From Mobula hypostoma (Eukaryota), in NCBI RefSeq assembly GCF_963921235.1, contig NC_086108.1:100380001-100444000 (forward strand): a DNA stretch of 64,000 nt, read 5' to 3'. The position numbers were made by a program, and so were the translations under genes. The notes beneath the pieces are model-generated. The model had not been told where the DNA came from and searched no databases. It saw only the letters and a list, made by a program, of their open reading frames with translations. Within the stretch, counting starts at the first letter, position 1; each line of letters opens with the position of its first letter. Shown here one piece after another: positions 24,653 through 36,503 of this stretch.

Positions 24653-24961
24653 AGGGCATCCGTTAGTCTTGTGAGACCATGGATCTGCGCCTGGAAAGTC
24701 TTCACTCTCCAGGGCGCAGGCCTGGGCAAGGCTGTATGGAAGACTGGCAGTTGCCCATGCTGCAAGTCTCCCCTCTCCACGACACTGATGTTGTCCAAGG
24801 GAAGGGCATTAGGACCCATACAGCTTGGCACCAGTGTTGTCGCAGAGCAATGTGTGATTAAGTGCCTTGCTCAAGGACACAACACGCTGCCTCAGCTGGG
24901 GCTCGAACTCACGACCTTCAGATCGCTGGTCGAACGCCTTAACCACTTGGTCACGTGCCCA
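24653..24961 (-). mobile_element. tRNA-derived SINE with CORE/Meta-like central domain
   Basis: Minus strand GGGCACGTGACCAAGTGGTTAAGG (A box) and GAGTTCGAGCC (B box), then GTGTCCTTGAGCAAGGCACTTAA. Confidence 0.75.
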
Positions 24962-27900
24962 CACAACATACAGTACATACAGTATACATACTTTGATACT
25001 TTACTTTGAACTTTGAACTTTTTGAACTTTGAGCACAGGCCTCCAACAGACTTGGACTCAGTATAGCAGACACCACACTTGTTAGACCTCCCCAACAGAC
25101 TCTGAGAGATTCACACATTCAGCTACGGCCAACAGACCTCAGCCTCCAGATTTCAGAGTCAAATTTTGCTATATTTCACAGGAAAATTCTCCTCTGGGAG
25201 TAACTTATGGAATGGCATATGAATAAATTGAAAGGTGTCAATTATGCTTGAATTCCATTGTGTTGAATGCTTCCCTGTGCCTTCTTGTGCTGTTTGAATC
25301 AGTCCAGTCTGATTTCTTCCCATTGAGTAGTGCAGGATAAAGTGTATTTTGAACACTGGGTTGGACGGTCACTAACATAAAACAGGCTTTCAGTATCAGG
25401 GAGCACTGAAGTGCTTTGAGTACAACTTAGCAGATGATTGATGAATCACAGAGGGGAAAAGTAATGAAAGCACAGTTTACTAGGCAAATTCTTCTGAGTG
25501 ATTTTTAATATCTTACGCTCAAGAAATATTGGCTTCTTTTTGTATCATCCTGTGCTCTGTATACATGACAGACAATTGTCTGCCTAATGGGAGGTTAGAG
25601 TTACTACGGGGTTCACAAGATGATCAAAGAATGCTGAAACTGGTGTCAAGTTACTCTGTACCTGGGGTCAAGAGTTCCTTATTTTTTCTATACATTGAAC
25701 TTGTAGATCTTTATTTGTGTTACTTTGAGTGTAGTTTAGAAACAATTTATGAAACCTATCAAATGCTGAAAGGCTTCAATAGAGTGAATGTGGAGAGGAC
25801 GTTGCCTATGGTGGGGGAATCTAAGACCAAAGGACACAACCCCAAAAGAGAGGGGTGTCCTTTTAGAACAGAGCTGAGGAGGAATTTCTTAAGCCAAAGA
25901 GAAGTGAATCTATGGAATTTATTGCCACACATGGCTGAGGAAGCCAAGTCTTTATGTATATTTAAGGCAGAGTTTGATAGATTCTTGACTGGTCAGACCA
26001 CGAAGGGATATGGAGAGAAGGCAGGAGATTGGGGTTGAGAGGGAAAATGGATCAACCACGATGAAATGGCAGAGCAAACTCGATGGGCCAAATGGCCTAA
26101 TTCTGCTTCTATATGTTATGATCTTACCATCTAAAATAGGAAAATGTTTCTCAAGGAAAGGCAAGAACATACGTAGAACATAAAAAAGTACAGCACCTCC
26201 AGCCTACGATGCTGTGCCAAACTTTTAACTTACCCTAAGATCAATCAAACCCTTCCCTCCCCCATAGTCCTCAATTGCTCTTTCATCCAAGTGACTATCC
26301 AAGAATCTCTTAGTAAAGCACACAAAATGCTGGAGGAACTCAGCCGGTCAGGCAACATCTAAGGAGAGGAATAAACAGTCGACGTTTCAGGCCGAGAAAC
26401 TTCATCTGTCTGATTAATGGTCTCAGCCCAAAATGTTGACTGTTTATTCTTCTCCATAGATGCAGCCTAACCTGCTGAGTTTCTCCAGCATTGTGTGTGT
26501 GTGTTGCTCTGGATTTCCAGCATCAGCAGAATCTCTTGTGTTTAAGAGTCTCTTAAATGTCCCTACTGTATCTACCTCTGCCACCAAAGCCCTGGCAGCA
26601 AGTTCCACACACCTCCCACTCTGTGTGAAAAACCTACATCTGACTTTCCTCTGATCACCTTAAAGTTATGCCCTCTCATTTTAGCCATTTCTGCCCAGGA
26701 AGAAGTTCAATGGATAGAGCCATCGAATTGTCAAAACTACAATTCCTCTGAGAAACAGTATAGGCTTAGACATACAGGTCACTGAGAGAGTATCAGAGTT
26801 TGAGTGGAGATCTTTGTAAACTGTTATTGTTAGTAAGGTTTACCCTGAGACAGGGTCAGAGGTTGAGGGTGTTAGAGTTTGTGAGGAGCACTTAGAAACA
26901 TTGAAGACCTCCTGGGGGAGCATCAGTATTCGATTAGCTTTATACTGTACATCAAAACATCATCAAGGATTGTGGTAGGCAGCCCACAACTGCTGCCGTG
27001 CTCTCAGCCCCGACATGACTTACTAACCGTAACCCATGAGACAGAGACAAGTTTCAGAGAGGTTCTTAGTATTATCTTAATATTAAAAACTGATTCTGGA
27101 GAAAGTAACCATATTTAAAAGTGGTCCTTTAATGTTTGATAGATCTTCCATGTTTCAGAGGGGTCACTGAAAGAAGGGCAGGGTTAAAGAGAGATCCCAA
27201 GAGAGTGTTCAGTGTTTGAGAGGGGTCATTGAGAGAAGGGTAGGGTTGAAGAGAAATTCTAAGAGAGTGTCCAGTGTTTGAGAGGGTTTTCTAGTAGAGT
27301 GTCAGTATCTGGAAGAGGACCTTGATAATACAGTAATATTATAAAAGGACAAAATGGCGAGCTGCTGGAAGAACTAAGTGGGAGAGGCTAGGACCAGACG
27401 GCACAGCCTCAGAATAGATGTATGTCCCTTTGAAACAGAGATGAGGAGGAATTTCTTCAGCCATAGGGTGATGAATTTGTGGAATTCATTGCCTAAAATG
27501 ACTGCAGTTGTCAAGTCATTGGGCATATTAAAGCAGAGGTTGTTAGTTTCTTGTCTACAAAGGTTATGGGGAGGAGACAGGAGAATGGATTTGAGAGTGA
27601 TAATAATCAGTCATGATGGAATGGTGGAGCTGACTCGATAAGCCAAATGGCTTAATTCTGCTCCTATGTCTTATGGTCTTATGATCTTATGGAAACAGAC
27701 AGTCGACATTTCAGGTCAATATCTTTTGACATCCAGATGAAGGTTTACAACCCAAACTCCCCACAAACGTTGCCTGATCTGCTATTCTCCTCCAGCAGCT
27801 TCTTCTGTGTTGCAAGCTTTGTGCAACACACACAAAAGGGTGCTATGGTAAAAGTCAGCACAGGGTGTTTGGATTCGGAGTCAAAATCTGGAGTCTGCTG

Positions 27901-28660
27901 TAAGAAAGTTTGTACATCCTTCCTGTGTGTATGTGGGTTTTCGCCAGAGGCTCTGGTTTCTTCCCACAGGCCAAGGAGGTACCATTTAGCAGGTTAATTG
28001 CTCATTGTAAATTGTCCTGGGATTAGGCTAGGGTTAAAATTGATGGGTTGTTGGGTGGAGCAGCTCGGTGGGCTAGAAGGAACTGTATCTCCAAATAAAA
28101 ATAAAATTAAAAATATCTTAAAATGCTGGATCTATGGAGGGGAATAAGTAGTCTATGTTTTGGGCTGAGACCCTTCAACAGGACTGGAAAGGAAGGGGGC
28201 AGAAGCTAGAGGGGAGGAATTCAAGCTGGCAAGTGATAGGTGAAACCAGGTGGGGGGAATGTGGATGGATGGGGGAGGAGGGGATGAAGTAAGAAGCTGG
28301 GAGGAGATAGATGGGAGAGGTAAAGGGATGAAGAAGAAGGAATCTGATAGTGTGTGTTGCTCTGGATTTCCAGCATTTTCAGAATCTCTTGTGTTTATGC
28401 GATCTCTCGTGTCTCAGTATCAAAAAGAGGCCCCTGGGAGAATGTCAGTGTTTGAGAGATCCCGAAGAGAATGGATGAGGGAAAGGTGCTTCTTCATATG
28501 TTAATGTGGGAAAAGGTTTCCTCAGAAACTATCAGTGTTTAAGAAGGACGCTTGATGCTTGAGACAGTACCAACGTTTGAGCGTGGACTTTAATGACACA
28601 TTTACGTGAGAGATTATGTGAGATTACCTGTGTTTGAGGAGGCTTCCTGATAGAATTTAG

Positions 28661-29000
28661 CAACACTCACAACACGCTGGAGAAACTCAGCAGGTTGGGC
28701 AGCATCCGTGGAAATGACCAGTTGACGTTTCGGGCCGGAACCCTTCGTCAGGTCTGTAGAGGGAAGGGGCAGAGGCCCTATAAAGAAGGTGGGGGGAAGG
28801 TGGGAAGGAGAAGGCTGGTAGGTTCCAGGTGAAAGACCATTAAGGGGAAAGATAAAGGGGTGGGGGAGGTGAAGCAGGGAGGTGATAGGCAGGAAAGGTG
28901 AAGAAGGAATAGGGGAAAACACAATGGGTAGTAGAAGGAGGCGGAACCATGAGGGAGCTGATAGGCAGCTGGGGGAGGGGGCAGAGTGAAATAGGGAGAT
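28661..29000 (-). mobile_element. Penelope-like 3' fragment (second subfamily) with an intact hammerhead core
   Basis: Minus strand CTGACGAAGGGTTCCGGCCCGAAACGTC at ~28725-28752, followed by GATGCTGCCCAACCTGCTGAG. Confidence 0.8.
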
Positions 29001-29769
29001 CACTAAGAGAGCTAATATATGAGGGGAGAAGCAACAAGAAACTATCAATGATTGAAACTGATCACTTAGAGTATGTTATTATTTCAGATGGGCCTTTTCT
29101 AATATATTAATAACAAAAAAGGAACACCTGCAGGAGTACCAGAGCTTGAGGGGAGTCTGTAGGTGGAAGAGTTATCACTGAGTGAGTATCAGTATTTGAG
29201 AGAGATCCCTTAAGAGTGACGTTAATTGACATGTTTCCTTATTGTCTGAGTATAGTTGCTGAGATGTTGTTATTATTTGAGGAGGGATCTTTATAATGTA
29301 TTAAGATTTAAAATGGTCCCTAAGAGAATAAGATTGTTTGATCGTGTCTCTGTGAGAGTTTCCATAAATGGCATATCCGAGAAAGTGTCAGTGAATTGGG
29401 AATTCAGTGTTCCTCCATGTTACTGCAGTTTAGATGATAGAAATTCACCTTTGCGGAATTTGCAAATCACTGTGGGAGTATGTACTGTGGTAAGGTTTAG
29501 GACGTGTTACTCAAGAACAGCAGTTTCGGATTGGTGTCCATTGTAATACACTAATACTTCAAAAAAGGATTCCTCAGAGAGTATCAGCGTTTGAAAGAAT
29601 GAGTCAGTATTTTGAAAGAGCCCTTATTAATATATTCACTGAATAGAGTCGCTTCTGAAAGACGGCCAGTGTGTGAGAGGATCTCATGCGAGAGTGTTAG
29701 TGTTTGAGGTGATCACAACAGATTTCCTGTGTTTACGAGGTGCCCTTTAAGAATAATAGGCTCCAGTAG

Positions 29770-30805
29770 CTCCTAAGTCGTGGGACCTTGGGGCTATCTT
29801 ACCAATGCTGACCCCTCACTGGTGTCTATCCAGACTAGTCACATTTGCCTGTGTTTGGCCAATATCCTCCAAACCTTGTCTACCTATCCAAATTTAATTT
29901 ATACAATATACTTGTACTCACCTCTGCAACTTCATTTGACATCTCGCTCCACTAAATAAACCAGCCTCTGGGTAAAAAATTGTCACCTTGGGTCCCTTTC
30001 AAATCTCTCCCCTCACCCCTTAACTCTATGTCCTGACTCCTCCACCCTGAGAAAAAGACTGTGAGCATTTACATCCCACATGATTTTATAAACCTCACCC
30101 TTCAGCCTCCTACACCCCAGAGTGAACTGCCTCAACCTCTCCGGTCTTTCCTTTTCACTCAAGCCCTCTGCCTCTGGAATCATCTTCATGAATCTTTTCT
30201 GCATTGCTTCCAGTTTCATAACATCCTTCCTTTTGCTCGGTGTCCAGAACAGTACCTCATACTCCAAGTGGGTCTCACTAACATCTTGTACAACTGCAAG
30301 GTGCCATCTCAACTCTTGCACTCAGTGTGCCAACGGATAAAGGTTAGCATGTCACCCTGTCTACCTGAGTTGTCACTTTCAATGATCTATGTGCCTGCCT
30401 ATTACCCTCTCTGATTCCCATCCTCCTTCCCTTTCTCTCATGGTCCACTCCCCTCTCCTATCAGATTCCTCCTTCTTCAATTCTTTACCTCTTCCACCTA
30501 TCACCTCCCAGCTCCTTACTTCATTCCCTCTCCCCCACCCACCCACCCACCTTCCTCTACACCTGGTTTCATCTGTCACTTGCCAACTTGTACTCCTTCT
30601 TCTCATTATTCCTACAAAGGAGGGGAAGAAGGATTCCATTACAATTCTTCGTCCACCTTCCTTTTCAGTTCCGATGAAAGGGCATAGCCCAAAACATCAG
30701 CTGTTTACTCCTCTCCATAGATGCTGCCTGACCTGCTGAGTTCCTCCAGAATTCCGTGTGTGTTGCTCTGGATTTCCAGCATCCACAGAATATCTTTCGT
30801 TTATG
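29770..30805. mobile_element. CR1 3' fragment (minus, ~29770-30375) abutting a Penelope 3' fragment (plus, ~30375-30805)
   Basis: HLEYEVLFWTP...LEAMQKRFMKMIP on the minus strand. Penelope terminal GATGCTGCCTGACCTGCTGAGTTCCTCCAG...GGATTTCCAGCATC on the plus strand. Confidence 0.75.
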
Positions 30806-32695
30806 TACCTGCACCCCTAGTTTTCTCTATTCCATAGCACTGTCTAGGGACCTGCCATTTACAGTATAAGTTTAGCTAACCAAATTTCATCATCTCTAAT
30901 TCCATCTGCTGTTCCTTGGCCCTCTCACCCAGTTTGTCCAGGTCCTATTGTATTTTACTGTCTGCTACACCAACAATTTTCTTTTTATCCACAACAGCCA
31001 TGTTATCAACATTGTTGTCTAAGTTGTTATTATAGATGACAAACAGTGTGCCCCACAGTGAGGGAGCGTCTGTCACTTGAAAGGACCCCATCAAGAGACT
31101 AGCAACTTTGGACAGGATGTCCTTTATAGGGTAGACACACCAGTCCTCACCAAGGGGTCTGCAGTGGAAAGGGTGAGCAGTTTCATTCCAAGAACATACC
31201 GGTCGGTAGGTTAATTAATCATTGTACATTAGGCAAGGATTAAATTGGGGGCTGCTGGGTAGGCAGGTCAAGGGCTGGAAGGGCCTATTCTGCAATTTAT
31301 CTCAATAAACAAATAAAAAATAAATGTTCCTTGGCATCAACATCTCGGAGGATCCATCCTGGACCCAACATGTTGATGCAATCATGAAGAAGGCACACCA
31401 CCAGCTACACTTCATTAGGAGTCTGAGGGGATTTGCTATGCCACCAAGGACCCCAGCAAATTTCTACAGATGAGCTTTCTGTGTGGTTGAATCACTACCT
31501 GGTGTCGAGGCTCCAGTGTACAGGATCAAGAAAAGCTGCAGAGGGTTGTAAACTCAACCAGCTCCATCCATCATGGGCACTGGCCTCCCCACCATCAAAG
31601 ACATCTTCAAAAGGCAATGCCTCAGGAAGCCAGCATCCATCACTAAGGAACATCACCATCCAGGACAAGCCCTCTTCTCATTACTACCATAAGTGAGGAG
31701 GACAAGGAGTCTGAAGAAATGCACTCAATGTATGAGGAACAACTTCTTCCCTCTGCCATCATAATGTGAATGGTACATGAACTCTACCTCGCTTCATTGC
31801 TCCCTTTTCCAGCCATTTATTTTTTTTTCTTCTTGTAACTTATAGTAATTTTTTATGCATTGCTCTGTACTGTTGATGCAAAATAACAGATTTCACAATT
31901 CTGTGGAAGGGTCTGTGTGTGATCAGAGTTTCTAAGAGGATGCTTGAACTCAAGAGTATTGTGACAGTGTTCAAGAGAAATATCTGCAGAAGTGTCATTT
32001 CTGGAGACAGGTTCCAGAATTAAAAGCGAAGTCTCTAAGAAAGTATCAGTTTTTAGGAGAGTTTCTCAGCAATACATTAACATGAAAAAGGATTTCCTGA
32101 GAGAATGTTGCGTCTGACAGGAATTCTTGCCTGTTGATGTTTGAAAAAAAGTCCCTTAGAGAGTTGTCGTGTCTGGGAAGTATCCATGGCAAGTATCACA
32201 GGCTGTCCGTGTTTGAGAGAGAAGTGGAGAAAGGAATATTGTGGAGACCAGAATGGAGACCGGTAAGAAAGGGGCAGACATAATTTTTCAACGTAAAAGT
32301 TCCTAGAAGAGCTTTATTTTGCTTTTGCTCCTGGATTTGTGCCCTCTATAAAATTTTAATATTAAAAAGTGTTGGCCTGCGAGAGTGCTAATGTTTGAGA
32401 GTGTTTGAAAGGGGTCCTTCAGTGTTTGAGAGAGGCCTCTGAGAGATTGTCAATACTTGAGAGGGGTCCTTAGTAAAACATCAATATTAAAATATAATCC
32501 TTGAGATAGTGTCAGCGGCTCAGAGGGGTCCTCAAAGTATGTCAGTATCTACAAGGGGTTCCTGTGGGAGCCTCAGTATTTGGTATAACTTCATGAAAGG
32601 AACTCAGTGTTGGAGAGTAATAGGGAAGAGGGATAGACAAGATGAACGCTGATGACTTCAAGTGGTGGATGAAGGCGGCGTGAGTCCGTACTTAC

Positions 32696-32796
32696 AAGGT
32701 AAATACAGAATGAGAAGGGTCATTGAAATTTCTTCATGTACGGAATCATTGAACGATGGAATGTTTTTCAAACTGGATCTGTTGGACTTGATCAAT
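32696..32796 (-). other. Candidate 101-nt host exon
   Basis: Acceptor CTTTTTCATTCTTTTTCTACCACTCTTCTTGCAG| and donor |GTAAGT in non-repeat sequence. One open frame: LIKSNRSSLKNIPSFNDSVHEEISMTLLILYLP. Confidence 0.4.
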
Positions 32797-33344
32797 CTGC
32801 AAGAAGAGTGGTAGAAAAAGAATGAAAAAGGTGGGAAAATTAGAAAATCATACTTGGTATCATGAGCTTCTAAGAAGAGCTGAAATTCAGTACAGATAAG
32901 AAAAATGTTCTGATCAGTCGAAGCAAACAGATACGACTGAATTGAATAGATCACATCTGTAAGTGAGCATCTAGATTACTCCAAAGGGGAAGTCTCCAAA
33001 CATGACCTAACTTTGGGTTGGAGCATCCTTACAGAGTCTCACTGTGCTGTTTGCTTCAGAGAGGAGTGCTGCTGGCTACCATGACACCAATTACCATGGT
33101 TGGTAACAACTTCTTGTTGTTCGTCAACACAGATACACCTCATGGCTGTATACTTAGCCTCCTGCTCCACTCCGTATACACACATTACCCTGTGGCTGAG
33201 CACAGCTTCAAAGCCATATACAAAGTTCAACTCTAAAGTATCTTGCGTACCTGCATATTGCAGCCCCACTCAACTAGGTGACCTACCTCACTCCAGTAAG
33301 CTAGTTCATCTCCATCTTTGACTCATCCAAAAACAGTAGTATAA

Positions 33345-33810
33345 TCAGTGACTTTGAGTTTTGATGGGACAATTGTCCATGTATGACCACGTATGCCTGA
33401 CGTAGGAGTTCCTGTTGTCCTGCTGGTCCAGAGCACAGTTGAAAGCCAGAGAAATTATATCTAATGTTGACCTGTTGTGGCTGTACGCAAATTGGAGCAT
33501 ATCCAGGTCACCCTTGAGGCTGGAATTGATTTGTGCCAAAATCAACTTCTCAAAACACTTCCTGATGTAAGTGCCACTGGACAGTAGTAATTGAGGCAGG
33601 TCACTGTGCTCTTCTTGGGCACTGATACATTTGATGTCTTTTTAAAGCAGCTGGGAACCTCAGACCACGGAAGGGAAAGGTTGAATATGCCCATAAACAT
33701 TTCAGTCAACTTGCCTGCACGGATCTTTAGTAGTTGGCCAGGCATGCATCTGAACCAAACACCTTTCATGCATTCACCCACTTGAAAGATGTCCAGTTGT
33801 CAGCCTCTGA
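33345..33810 (-). mobile_element. Rex1/Babar RT fragment
   Basis: IFNLSLPWSEVPSCFKK...VPKKSTVTCLNYYCPVALTS and LQFAYSHNRST. Confidence 0.8.
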
Positions 33811-35955
33811 GAGCAGTGGACACAGCCCAATGCATCATGGTTAGCTTTGGTTTATTATTGTCAAATGTACAGTGAAAAGTTTGTGCTGCATACTGTTTAT
33901 ACAATCAAATCATTACACTGCCCATTGAGGCAGAACAAAGTAAATAAAAATAACAACGCAGATTGAAGTGTAACAGCGACAGAGAAAGTGCAGTGTGGGC
34001 AAACAAACATGAGGTAGTTTTTGATGTCAAAGGTCTATTGGAGCTGCTATCAAAATAGCCTAAATAATGGTGGAACGTTGTTTCCTGGACCATTAGCCCA
34101 ATGCTAGTGGGATACCCCAGGGGTCAATGCTGGGCCCACTGAGTTAGAGTTAAACAGTACCTTTTGTACGTGTTGCTTTGGATTTCCAGCACCTGCAGAT
34201 TTTCTCATGTTTAGGATTTACAAGGATGTTGCCAGGAATCAAGGGTCCAAGAGATAGGGAGAGACTGGTTAGGCTAGAACACTTACTCTGGAGAACAGGT
34301 GACTGAGAGGCGACCTTACAGAGGGGTATAAAATCATGGGGGGGTGGCGGGGTGGAATCATAGGCAGGATAAATACACTCAGTATATTCTCCTGGGTTAA
34401 GGAATCAAGAACTAGAAGGCATAGGTTTGAGGTGAGAGAGGAACAATTTAATAAGGGGGAACTTTTTTACACTGATAGTGGCCTGCATTTGGATTGAGCT
34501 GCTAGAAGAGGTGATTAAGACTTTATGACTGAATCGCTTTGTGGGCCACTATACTGTGCTATAGTGTTCCACATTCTATGTTCCAGTTAGAGTATACAGT
34601 CCCTACCTTTCTCCAAGAGTGAAAACATCCAATACTACAAAGCATGCATTTAAGATGAGAGGGGGTGAGTTCAGAGCTGAGTGTGAGACACAGAAGTGGG
34701 GACCGGCAGCCTGCCCTGGAGTTGGAGGACTGTCCGTGTGTGTGTAGGTGGGTGAGTGGGAGGGGGAGGACAGCAGGAGTGAGGAAAGGTTGTTTTTGCT
34801 GCTACATGACCCTCTGACATTACAAGTCCAAAAATAAACTGAGTCACTTTTTACCCTCTTCAACATCAGTCAATGGCCAGCCTCATAAAATGGTAGCTGC
34901 TTACTTTGTCCCTGTGCTGTCAGCTTGCATGGAAACATCACAAGATTCAGCAACGAGTAGTCTTCCTGGCAAAAGTGACAAATACCACTGGGACAAGAAA
35001 ACATTTACAAACGACACATGAGTCCCACTCTATATTTTCACCTCAGCACTAATAAAAACTAATGATCCCAGCTCACCAATGCCTGGCTTTGAACTGCTCA
35101 TGAGATCCTTAATTGGTGAAATATTAAAGGTGACACAAGTAATGCGTTTAAAATCACTAACAATGATTTATTAGAGCCAGCACAGATTTCTATTCTTACA
35201 GTGACATCTAGAATTTATAAGAGCATTTTTTATTTACATTGTTCCACAAAGTATTAGATTCCAGACTGTTTTGCTATGTTATATATGTTCCGAATTCAAA
35301 TTGGACAAGCAATACGTTGTTGAGTTGAGTTAATTTGTCACTTACAGATAAAATGATCCAAAGAGCTTTGTTTTAAAATCACAGTCTTATATTTTTCTAT
35401 TAATATGCCATATTGGTAATCCACTAAAATATTCTCCTCTACATTCTACAAAAAGCACATTACTGTCAAGTTTAAGTTCAACTTTATTGCCATTCAAGCG
35501 TACACATATTAAGTTCAGGTTTATTGTCATTCAAGCATACACATACTGTATATACAGCTAAATGAAACAATGTTCCGCAGGGGCCCAGGTGCAAAACATA
35601 GTATATAGATCTCATACAGCGCATAAGTAATATTAACACAATAAAATCAACAAATAAAAAAATGTTCTGGAGATCACAAACAGAAGAATGTGTGCAGATG
35701 CTGGAAATCCAAAGGAACACATACAAAATGTTGGAGGAACTCAGCAGGTCATTGCATATTTATGGAGAAGAATAAACTGACAACATTTCTTCAGGACTGA
35801 GAAGGAAAGGGGGAGATTCCAGAATAAAAAGGTTTGAGTGGGGGAGAGGAAGGAGGCTAGCTGGAGGTGATAGGTGAAGCCAGGTGGGTGGGAAAAGTGA
35901 AATGCTGGAGAAGAACGAATATTCTGTAAATGTATACGTTGACATAGGGGACATA

Positions 35956-36503
35956 TGAGGAGACTAAGGTCCTTTAACATCTGCCGGACGATGCTGAGGA
36001 TGTTCTACGAGTCTGTGGTGGCCAGTGCGATCATGTTTGCTGTTGTGTGCTGGGGCAGCAGGCTGAGGGTAGCAGACACCAACAGAATCAACAAACTCAT
36101 TTGTAAGGCCAGTGATGTTGTGGGGATGGAACTGGACTCTCTCACGGTGGTGTCTGAAAAGAGGATGCTGTCCAAGTTGCATGCCATCTTGGACAAAGTC
36201 TCCCATCCACTACATAATGTACTGGTTGGGCACAGGAGTACAGTCAGCCAGAGACTCATTCCACCGAGATGCAACACAGAGCGTCATAGGAAGTCATTCC
36301 TGCCTGTGGCCATCAAACTTTACAACTCCTCCCTTGGAGGGTCAGACACCCTGAGCCGATAGGCTGGTCCTGGACTTATTTCCTGGCATTTACATATTAC
36401 TATTTAATTATTTATGGTTTTATTACTATTTAATTATTTATGGTGCAACTGTAACGAAAACCAATTTCCCCTGGGATCAATAAAGTATGACTATGACTAT
36501 GAC
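35956..36503 (+). mobile_element. Rex1/Babar-type LINE 3' end (young subfamily) with (ACTATG)n tail
   Basis: RLRSFNICRTMLRMFYESVVAS...HPLH...RHRKSFLPVAIKLYN, then GGGATCAATAAAGTATGACTATGAC. A near-identical copy lies at ~48216-48557. Confidence 0.85.

Larger units (their letters stand above)
26745..32615. repeat. Decayed ~31-bp tandem array, interrupted by many TE insertions
   Basis: Consensus is approximately GAGAGAGTGTCAGTGTTTGAGAGGGGTCCCT. The motif register falls at 27210/27241/27272/27303 and at 32420/32451/32482/32513/32543/32574. Confidence 0.8.

Noticed and set aside
24890..24961. tRNA gene (also 4270-4342 and 230-300)
   Set aside because: The A/B boxes continue into SINE bodies and tails, and I could not build a full cloverleaf with an acceptor stem.
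26745..32615. CRISPR-like or mucin-like coding repeat
   Set aside because: The units are contiguous and degenerate with no unique spacers, and the context is eukaryotic. The 31-bp period is incompatible with a coding repeat.
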